The position numbers and the translations under genes were made by a program. The notes beneath the pieces were generated by a model, which was not told the DNA's origin, did no database searches, and saw nothing but the letters and a program-made list of their open reading frames with translations. From contig NZCX01000010.1 of assembly GCA_002688415.1 (NCBI GenBank), positions 1 to 61,922 on the forward strand: DNA of 61,922 nucleotides, written 5' to 3'. The DNA comes from Candidatus Pacearchaeota archaeon. GTDB lineage: Archaea; Nanobdellota; Nanobdellia; Pacearchaeales; GW2011-AR1. How positions within the stretch are numbered: position 1 is the first letter of the stretch; every line of letters starts with the position of its first letter. Below, one piece after another: positions 55,740 to 61,922 of this stretch.

Positions 55740-56793
55740 TCATTCTTCCTGCAGCTTGTTCTACCTTTGTTCTTTGAAATAAAGGTAAACTTTGAGCCAT
55801 TTCCAAAATTGCATTTGCTACTTCAGCTTGTTTTAAATCTTCTTCATGTTCCCAATCCTCATGAAGAATCAATGCCATTCTATTAGGAAAATCGATAATA
55901 GTTTGCATAAAAGTTAAAGCATACTTAGGATCAATTTTTTTATTGAAAGCTTCTTCTAACTGTACAATGCCAACTTGAGCAACTTCTGAACAAGTTTCAA
56001 GCATTTGAAGTATACGTTCTGAATCGATATTGCCTCTATGTACGATTTTCATATCTACATTTTGTTTTGTAAGAGATGTTCTATTTACAAAAACAGCGTC
56101 ATTTCGATAAACAACAGGTTCAATCCAAATAGAAGAACAACCTACTTCACTATTTGAAATAATCATTCCAGCAGAATAAGTAACTTCGTTATCTTCTCCT
56201 TCAGAATGAACAACTTGAGTATCTTCAAATTTAATATGAAGTCGTGTAATATGATCATCATATTCATATAAAGAATAGGATGAGTTATCATTTTGATCTA
56301 ATTCATTCATAAGAATAAAGAATAACTGATCATCATCAAATACAGAGTAAGTTGCTGAAAGAACTGCTCTTACAGGTGTGATAAGAGAAGATTCTCCATT
56401 TTCTTCATCTTCAGTTTCTTCTTCTTCTTCAATTGGAGTGGTGGGATTTAATCGAAATAAATAACTAGGTTCATTATTTCGTTTTTGATGAGAAATTTCA
56501 TTTGCAGTTGCTTCATTACAAAAATTAAAATTATCGACCATCAATTCATTAGCATCCCAAGCCTGTAATCTACGCCAATAACTACTAGATAATTGAACTC
56601 TAGTTAAAAGTTGACGGAAGGCATATTCACTGAATTGAGCTGTTCCAAGATTATAAGTAAAAGATACAATCTCATCGTTATTTACACACTGAAGTTCGTT
56701 AAATGGAACAATTACATCTAAAAAATTTTCTGATCTAGCACTAATAGCATTGGAAAGTTCTTCTGAACTAGGATTGAATAATTGCATTATCAT
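55678..56793 (-). CDS. DUF932-like phage protein (tentative)
   Basis: VRAVLS..Y...DD; G..ISNSEVG.SS..I.P..YR; usual CxNG absent. Confidence 0.45.
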   Translation of the reverse strand: MIMQLFNPSSEELSNAISARSENFLDVIVPFNELQCVNNDEIVSFTYNLGTAQFSEYAFRQLLTRVQLSSSYWRRLQAWDANELMVDNFNFCNEATANEISHQKRNNEPSYLFRLNPTTPIEEEEETEDEENGESSLITPVRAVLSATYSVFDDDQLFFILMNELDQNDNSSYSLYEYDDHITRLHIKFEDTQVVHSEGEDNEVTYSAGMIISNSEVGCSSIWIEPVVYRNDAVFVNRTSLTKQNVDMKIVHRGNIDSERILQMLETCSEVAQVGIVQLEEAFNKKIDPKYALTFMQTIIDFPNRMALILHEDWEHEEDLKQAEVANAILEMAQSLPLFQRTKVEQAAGRMIGLFDNYQNRMEQIIEDINN

Positions 56794-57322
56794 TTTCCTT
56801 TAATTGACAATGTAGCATGAGGAAATTATTTCCATTTCCTGCATTTTTTCTAATAATATTGAAATTAAATTTATGTGGATTTAATTTCACTTCTTTAATT
56901 AATATCTCTTGACTCTCATATTTAGAATACCAGTTATGTTCAATAATATATTGAGCAGTCTCAACAGCACAAGGTATATAGTATACTTTAGCAAGGTAAT
57001 CCTTGCCTTCCTTATTAATAAATTGAAAATCTTTTAAATTATTTGCAGTTTGAAAAATTAAAGTTCGCCAATTTTTATATGAGTCTGCTGCTTTTGGAAT
57101 TGATCGACCATTAATATCTTTTGATTTTAAAGGAAGTCCTTGTGGTTTCAATTCTTGAGAAGTTACTTGCTTATTTTGACCAATAATAATTTTTTGAATT
57201 AGGATTTCTTTGTTTTCTTCTGTTTCTTCGATATCAGAAGAAGTCATATCTTTTAATTGATGGAATGTGAGGGCTTGTAAATGTAGAAATTTTTCAATAT
57301 CTTCAGGAGATTCAAAAATCAT
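56768..57322 (-). CDS. Hypothetical protein
   Basis: ORF. Confidence 0.55.
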   Translation of the reverse strand: MIFESPEDIEKFLHLQALTFHQLKDMTSSDIEETEENKEILIQKIIIGQNKQVTSQELKPQGLPLKSKDINGRSIPKAADSYKNWRTLIFQTANNLKDFQFINKEGKDYLAKVYYIPCAVETAQYIIEHNWYSKYESQEILIKEVKLNPHKFNFNIIRKNAGNGNNFLMLHCQLKENDNAIIQS

Positions 57323-57349
57323 CTTATCTTCTTTTCAATAATTGAGTAA

Positions 57350-57700
57350 TTACTCGGGTTTTGTATCTTTTTTATCGGCTTTTAAGACCTTTGTCTTTTT
57401 TGTTAAACCGAAAACTAGAAGTTTTTCTTCTAGAATTTTATTGAAAATATCTTCATGTTGTTTTGATAATTGAAAACTTTGTTCACTTATTTTTTGAGTG
57501 TTTTCAACATTATCTTGAATTAATAGTACAGTTTGATTGGTTTTATGAATAATTTCACTTAACTTAATGATATTGCTTTCTAATTCTGCAATTTTCATTT
57601 TTAAAAATAAAATTTCTTCTAAATTTTTTGAAGATTTAACTTCTTGTTTTTGAGGGAAAAGCCAATAGTAAAATTTACCAAGAAAAGACTTTAAATTCAT
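57350..57700 (-). CDS. Hypothetical coiled-coil protein
   Basis: ORF. Confidence 0.55.
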   Translation of the reverse strand: MNLKSFLGKFYYWLFPQKQEVKSSKNLEEILFLKMKIAELESNIIKLSEIIHKTNQTVLLIQDNVENTQKISEQSFQLSKQHEDIFNKILEEKLLVFGLTKKTKVLKADKKDTKPE

Positions 57701-57722
57701 ATCTTTATCTTATCTTGGAGTA

Positions 57723-58280
57723 TTAAAAAGGCAAGTCATCTTCAATTGTATATTTTTCAAAATAAGTATTTTGAAAAAAGCGCCACTGATGTGTATCTTG
57801 AGAATTTTTAAAAAATTCATTTAAATACACAAGCTTTCTGGATGTTTTTTTGGAAAAGTATCCAAATAGAGCACTATTTCCTTCAAAAAGACTTATTTTA
57901 TTAAGAATGTATTGAATTTGATTTAAACTTTTTTGTTTATGAAAATTTCCAGGCTCAGTATAATCAGAGATATATTCTATTTCCCTATCGATATAGATAG
58001 TCTTAAGAGATCTTTTTAAATAGAAGTTATAGCTTTGTTCAATCCTTTTAGGCCATCGTGAGCATATCTTTTTATAGGGAACTGTTACAATATAAGGAAT
58101 ATTATTAGAATAGGCAATTTTAGCTGCTTCTAATTCTGGTCCTGGCAATAAACTAGTATACAGGATATTGGTATTTTGAATAATGGTTTCTAAAATACTT
58201 AAATCCCAATCAACTTCTTTTCTTCCTATTCTTGGAATGATAGGATCAGCAATAACTAAAACTTGTTGAAAAGATTTCAT
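57723..58280 (-). CDS. SLOG / YspA (DUF1273)-like protein, divergent
   Basis: TSLLPGPELEAAKIA....IPYIVTVPY.....RW. Confidence 0.5.
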   Translation of the reverse strand: MKSFQQVLVIADPIIPRIGRKEVDWDLSILETIIQNTNILYTSLLPGPELEAAKIAYSNNIPYIVTVPYKKICSRWPKRIEQSYNFYLKRSLKTIYIDREIEYISDYTEPGNFHKQKSLNQIQYILNKISLFEGNSALFGYFSKKTSRKLVYLNEFFKNSQDTHQWRFFQNTYFEKYTIEDDLPF

Positions 58281-58448
58281 TTAAAACTCTTTATAGTCAT
58301 CTTTTAATTTGAATTTTCCAAATTCAAATTTTTTATGATCATCAAAATTAACATAAGTTAATGTTCTATTTCTTTGATGAAAAATACGAAGACAAATACA
58401 AGATACAGTGAAAAGAGTTAATATGAAAAAGATTAAAGTAAAGACCAT
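58281..58448 (-). CDS. Small membrane protein
   Basis: Start MVFTL at 58448; one TM helix. Confidence 0.45.
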   Translation of the reverse strand: MVFTLIFFILTLFTVSCICLRIFHQRNRTLTYVNFDDHKKFEFGKFKLKDDYKEF

Positions 58449-58449
58449 T

Positions 58450-58731
58450 TTATTTCCTTTGTCTAGAAGCGTAATAGCTATAAATAACTTCAAATGTTTC
58501 GTCTATAACATAGCAAAGAAAAGTAGTTATAAGACCTCCTAGTAAAAAAGAGAAAGAACTTTCAGTTTTTACTAATAATACAAATGTTAGAGCTGAAGCC
58601 CACATACTAAGAATAAAAAGAGTAACATACTTTTTTATTTTTTGTTTTTTAAGGACGATATTAACAATATCATAGACTTCGTTATAGGTAAAAGTTTTAG
58701 CTTTTACAGATTCAAATTCTTGTTTATTCAC
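58450..58731 (-). CDS. Membrane protein (two TM helices)
   Basis: Hydrophobic segments. Confidence 0.5.
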   Translation of the reverse strand: MNKQEFESVKAKTFTYNEVYDIVNIVLKKQKIKKYVTLFILSMWASALTFVLLVKTESSFSFLLGGLITTFLCYVIDETFEVIYSYYASRQRK

Positions 58732-58996
58732 TTGAATTTTCTTTACAATTTCTATTGGGAGTTACTGCTGTAGTAACATATTCAATATCTTTATAAGATA
58801 TAAAACATCTACATCCGGGGGGCATTTGGGCGGGAAAATAATAGTCTCCTTCTCTATAGAGGATCATAAAACCTTCATCTTGTTTACAACCGAGAGTGAG
58901 GGGAGAGTTTATTTCTTTTTTGAGGGGGAGGCACCCAAAGAGTAAAATGCTAAGTATTAAAAGGAATCCATATCGGAAGTTTAACATTTTTAGCAT
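58724..58996 (-). CDS. Putative lipoprotein
   Basis: Signal ending LLFGC. Confidence 0.5.
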   Translation of the reverse strand: MLKMLNFRYGFLLILSILLFGCLPLKKEINSPLTLGCKQDEGFMILYREGDYYFPAQMPPGCRCFISYKDIEYVTTAVTPNRNCKENSSE

Positions 58997-59240
58997 TTTC
59001 CTTTTGAGTGTTAAGTAGTGATATTACTTTTTTATGAGATATTAACAAATAATGCTTTATTTGTTTTAAAGAGTCAATATTTAAATCAAATTCTTTAACT
59101 AAAAGATCTTTAGAGAAATGCTTCTTTTTAGCAATAGCAGTTAAGTTTCTCTCATCAGCAAATGATTTGGGGATAAACCAATATACCTTTTGATCATCAT
59201 AAGCTATATAATAAGATTCGTTTATTTTAGACATTCTCAA
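58950..59240 (-). CDS. Hypothetical protein
   Basis: ORF. Confidence 0.45.
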   Translation of the reverse strand: MRMSKINESYYIAYDDQKVYWFIPKSFADERNLTAIAKKKHFSKDLLVKEFDLNIDSLKQIKHYLLISHKKVISLLNTQKENAKNVKLPIWIPFNT

Positions 59241-59469
59241 ATTTATTTTTTAAAAGACAAAGCTCTGTAATTGCTTTGTCTAGAAGTTTTATTCTATTTT
59301 TATTTAAGTTATCAAAAGTATTTAAAGATTCAATAGCATCCATTAAATCAGCAAGAACCATATCTGCTTTAAATTTAGGATCGCAGGTTTGGCAAGTTAT
59401 TTGATGTTCAGTAATCCATTCTTGTTCACAATAGGGACATGTAAGCATAGTGATGGTCTTTCTGTTCAT
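59227..59469 (-). CDS. Zn-ribbon hypothetical protein
   Basis: CPYC...CQTC. Confidence 0.5.
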   Translation of the reverse strand: MNRKTITMLTCPYCEQEWITEHQITCQTCDPKFKADMVLADLMDAIESLNTFDNLNKNRIKLLDKAITELCLLKNKFENV

Positions 59470-59801
59470 TTATTAATTGCTTTAAGCCATTCCTCTACAT
59501 TAAGATATACAGGAATTTCTCGTTTTAGAGCATCTTCAATTTCACCTTTAGTTCCTTCAGATGTTTCCCATCCAGGAACAAGTAAAACAGAATCACAACG
59601 GCGCATTAAGGCCAAGGTTCCAGTAATAAAATGTTGTTCAGTATTTAATCCTTCAAAGTGAGCACTATTTAAATGTGGACAAAGAGCTACATGGCCTGAA
59701 GCCCAAACAATTTTAGCAATCTCTTTGGCCTTGTCGATATTTTGTTGAATTTCAAAAGGAAATTCATCTCGATATTTACCAGCAATATAAACAATTTCCA
59801 T
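59466..59801 (-). CDS. DUF4406 / nucleoside 2-deoxyribosyltransferase-like protein
   Basis: VYIAGKY, CPH, RRCD.V...GW..S.G...E...A....IPV. Confidence 0.7.
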   Translation of the reverse strand: MEIVYIAGKYRDEFPFEIQQNIDKAKEIAKIVWASGHVALCPHLNSAHFEGLNTEQHFITGTLALMRRCDSVLLVPGWETSEGTKGEIEDALKREIPVYLNVEEWLKAINK

Positions 59802-60190
59802 TATGCACTCTTATCTTTTATAATTTGTTGAGATAATTTTGCGATTTTTTCATATAAATCAGTAAGTTCAAGGTCTAAAGCTTGTTTAGCATTTGTTACC
59901 GCATTGATATGAGCAGTAACAATCATGTCTTGTAGACCTTTTTTGAAGGTATTTTCTTGTAATACTTTAGAAAGAAGATCTGTGTCAATGTCTACATCTT
60001 TTATTATACCATGATTATCAACTTGAATAGTTAATAATCCTGCACCAGCAGTACCAATATAGAGAGCAGATTCTAATTTTTGTTGAATATTTGTTACAAT
60101 AGTAACAAATTGAGTTCTATATGGTTCTGGGATTTTTGAAAGTTCTGTACTGAAAAGATTTGAAGTTAATGATTCAAAATTCATAGTCAT
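59801..60190 (-). CDS. YbaB/EbfC-like nucleoid-associated protein
   Basis: GTAGAGLLTI.VD..G.I..V.ID...LQDMIV.A...A. Confidence 0.65.
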   Translation of the reverse strand: MTMNFESLTSNLFSTELSKIPEPYRTQFVTIVTNIQQKLESALYIGTAGAGLLTIQVDNHGIIKDVDIDTDLLSKVLQENTFKKGLQDMIVTAHINAVTNAKQALDLELTDLYEKIAKLSQQIIKDKSA

Positions 60191-60206
60191 AATTACACCT
60201 CAATGT

Positions 60207-60236
60207 AATTTATTATTAGAGTAGATAGAAAGTCAA
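60207..60236 (-). promoter_or_regulatory. Putative sigma70-type promoter
   Basis: TTGACT-N18-TAAATT upstream of SD GAGGTG. Confidence 0.4.
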
Positions 60237-60250
60237 TACTTATATTATAG

Positions 60251-61147
60251 TTATTTATTTTGTATAGACTTCATTAAAGCAGGTCGCATGGTTTTAATAG
60301 TTTCATCAATTTTCTTAATATATTCACTATGATTTCTATCAAGTTTTCCTTTGAGAAAATCTAAAGGATTTTTGTTTTCAAATTCCTGCTCAAGATGTAC
60401 TCCACAATCTAATGTAGGAAGTCCAATTAATTGCCAAGGGATAGTTGAAAACGTTACAACAGCTCTCAAATGATAGCTGAAATTATATTTATAACGGTGC
60501 AGAAATGCAATTAAATATTTTTCAGTTTCTATAGCTTGTTCATTAGAGATAAATCCCTGATGAACTCTATAGTGAATAACTGCCATTTGTTTAACAAGTT
60601 CATAAATTAAAGGAATAGCGAATATAGTTTGACATTCTTGAATTTCTTTTTTCATGAAATAAGTGTCAAATCTTGCAAGAAGAGATTGGCAATCAATATC
60701 TTCTGGAGAATAAAGATAGTTAAAAACATTTTGTAGATTGCCAATATGAGCTATTTTAAGGAGAATTTCATCTAATTCTATAAAGAGATCTTCATCATTA
60801 ATTTCGATTATTGAACCTAATGTCTTTATAAATTCATTATAAAAATCTACCTCTATATAGGCAGCGCCAGGACTGCGGGAATCAACTTGATGTGTTTCCG
60901 CTAACATATCAAAACCAGTTTGTTCACGAAAAATCTCTGCGGTATAGATCATATCGTATATATTTTCTTTATTGATATAATTTAAAGCAGCAAATTGTTG
61001 TTTTTGTGCAATGTTTTGCAATTCTAAAGTATTAATTTTGAGTTGTCTTTCAATAACATCTTCAAGACATTCAGCTTCAAGTTCAATTTTACTTCTTTTA
61101 GGTGTTCTTCCAAAAAGTTTTTTAGTATCAAATACTTTGTTTTGCAT
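60251..61147 (-). CDS. Hypothetical protein
   Basis: 298-aa ORF; SD AAGGA. Confidence 0.6.
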   Translation of the reverse strand: MQNKVFDTKKLFGRTPKRSKIELEAECLEDVIERQLKINTLELQNIAQKQQFAALNYINKENIYDMIYTAEIFREQTGFDMLAETHQVDSRSPGAAYIEVDFYNEFIKTLGSIIEINDEDLFIELDEILLKIAHIGNLQNVFNYLYSPEDIDCQSLLARFDTYFMKKEIQECQTIFAIPLIYELVKQMAVIHYRVHQGFISNEQAIETEKYLIAFLHRYKYNFSYHLRAVVTFSTIPWQLIGLPTLDCGVHLEQEFENKNPLDFLKGKLDRNHSEYIKKIDETIKTMRPALMKSIQNK

Positions 61148-61157
61148 AATTTAATCC

Positions 61158-61403
61158 TTAAATTTTAACATAAGCAAGAATGTTATCTAGAGGAATACCA
61201 ACCAGATTAACAAGAAGAAAAACCACAAAACCGATAAAAATTGAAATAGAAATGAGGTAGCAAGTAGATTCGAGGAAGATCCAAGCTGGATACATAAGCC
61301 ATCCAGTATGTCTATACATTCTGGTTTCCCATGAATTTCCAAGGGATGAGACTACAGATAGTAACCAAAAGATAAGAATTATTGTTTCAATAGAAATTTT
61401 CAT
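61158..61403 (-). CDS. Membrane protein
   Basis: Start MKISI at 61403 after SD AAGGA; the longer ORF overlaps the tRNA. Confidence 0.55.
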   Translation of the reverse strand: MKISIETIILIFWLLSVVSSLGNSWETRMYRHTGWLMYPAWIFLESTCYLISISIFIGFVVFLLVNLVGIPLDNILAYVKI

Positions 61404-61418
61404 ATTTTTCCTTATATT

Positions 61419-61495
61419 TGGCGCGTCCAGCAGGACTCGAACCTGCAACCCCCGGCTTAGAAGGCCGGTGCTCTATCCAGTTGAGCTATGGACGC
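61419..61495 (-). tRNA. tRNA-Arg(UCU)
   Basis: Cloverleaf GCGTCCA...CCGGC-CT-TCT-AA-GCCGG...GGTTCGAGTCC...TGGACGC-G-CCA, 77 nt, CCA encoded. Confidence 0.95.
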
Positions 61496-61498
61496 CCA

Positions 61499-61584
61499 TG
61501 GTGCGGAAGAAGGGAATCGAACCCTCATGCTCTAAGAGCGACGGATTTTAAGTCCGTTGTGTCTACCAGTTTCACCACAACCGC
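61499..61584 (-). tRNA. tRNA-Leu(UAA)
   Basis: ACGGA-CT-TAA-AA-TCCGT, long variable arm, TTCGA loop, CCA encoded; two U-U mismatches in the acceptor stem. Confidence 0.85.
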
Positions 61585-61590
61585 ATTTCC

Positions 61591-61618
61591 CATTATGCTT
61601 CTATGCATTATGCTTCTA
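61591..61618. repeat. 13-bp tandem direct repeat
   Basis: CATTATGCTTCTA at 61591-61603 and 61606-61618. Confidence 0.6.
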
Positions 61619-61760
61619 CGAATAAGGCTTTTTCTTCTAGAAAATCAATAAGAAATTGTTCTTGAGTATCATGTTCCTCTAGGAACTCACAGAGATATAA
61701 TATTACTGCGGTATTATTTAATTTCAACCTATGTTTGAATTCTTTGATAATATCTTCCAT
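61608..61760 (-). CDS. Small hypothetical protein (50 aa)
   Basis: My translation MEDIIKEFKHRLKLNN...; SD AAGGAG. Confidence 0.5.
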   Translation of the reverse strand: MEDIIKEFKHRLKLNNTAVILYLCEFLEEHDTQEQFLIDFLEEKALFVEA

Positions 61761-61772
61761 TATATCTCCTTG

Positions 61773-61922
61773 TTATTTAAGAATATCTAGAGCATCTTGA
61801 AATTCTTTTGGTTTCTTAGATAAGTAATTTAAGGTTATTTCTTTTAGGGTTTTAATGTTTTTGGAATCTGCGTTATCCATATTGCTTAGCTTCTCTGGAA
61901 TGTCAAATTGCAATCTGACATA
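61773..61922 (-). CDS. Partial hypothetical protein (5' end outside the window)
   Basis: Frame open from the window end to TAA at 61773. Confidence 0.4.
   Translation of the reverse strand, partial: YVRLQFDIPEKLSNMDNADSKNIKTLKEITLNYLSKKPKEFQDALDILK

Noticed and set aside
61591-61618. 13-bp tandem repeat next to tRNA-Leu as an att site
   Set aside because: The repeat is not part of the tRNA 3' end, there is no integrase in the window, and the copies are adjacent; a local slippage duplication is more likely.
61418-61651. 77-aa + strand ORF (MARPAGLEPATPGLEG...)
   Set aside because: It is the antisense shadow of the two tRNA genes.

Overview
This is an AT-rich, densely coded segment of a large lytic tailed-phage genome; the host cannot be identified from this window. 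There are two convergent blocks. The + strand (18-16200) carries a LamG-repeat tail fibre, a Cas4-like nuclease, a primase-helicase, repair and endonuclease genes, an amidase and a sigma-like protein. The - strand (16191-61922) carries nucleotide metabolism (class II RNR, HIT, PhoH, MazG-like), a DnaE split into two genes and holding an HNH-type intein, RecA, a radical SAM protein, a Ycf46-AAA/DUF1257/DUF2997 module, a 3'-5' exonuclease, a plant-Whirly-like ssDNA-binding protein, ClpP, many small early-type genes and two tRNAs. The best candidate for an undescribed system is at 45.0-48.6 kb. A roughly 420-nt, highly structured intergenic RNA is followed by overlapping genes for a basic Cys-rich protein, a compact retron-type reverse transcriptase (YMDD) and an HNH nuclease, then a cysteine desulfurase; together this looks like a phage-encoded retron-like module with a non-standard gene set. 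Other notable signals are three more intergenic RNAs whose G-U pairing favours the - strand (clearly for two, partly for the third), and a shared C-terminal R-[FWY]-x-x-[IL] motif on many unrelated proteins. All family calls come from motif recognition by eye, no database search was run, and novelty is unverified.
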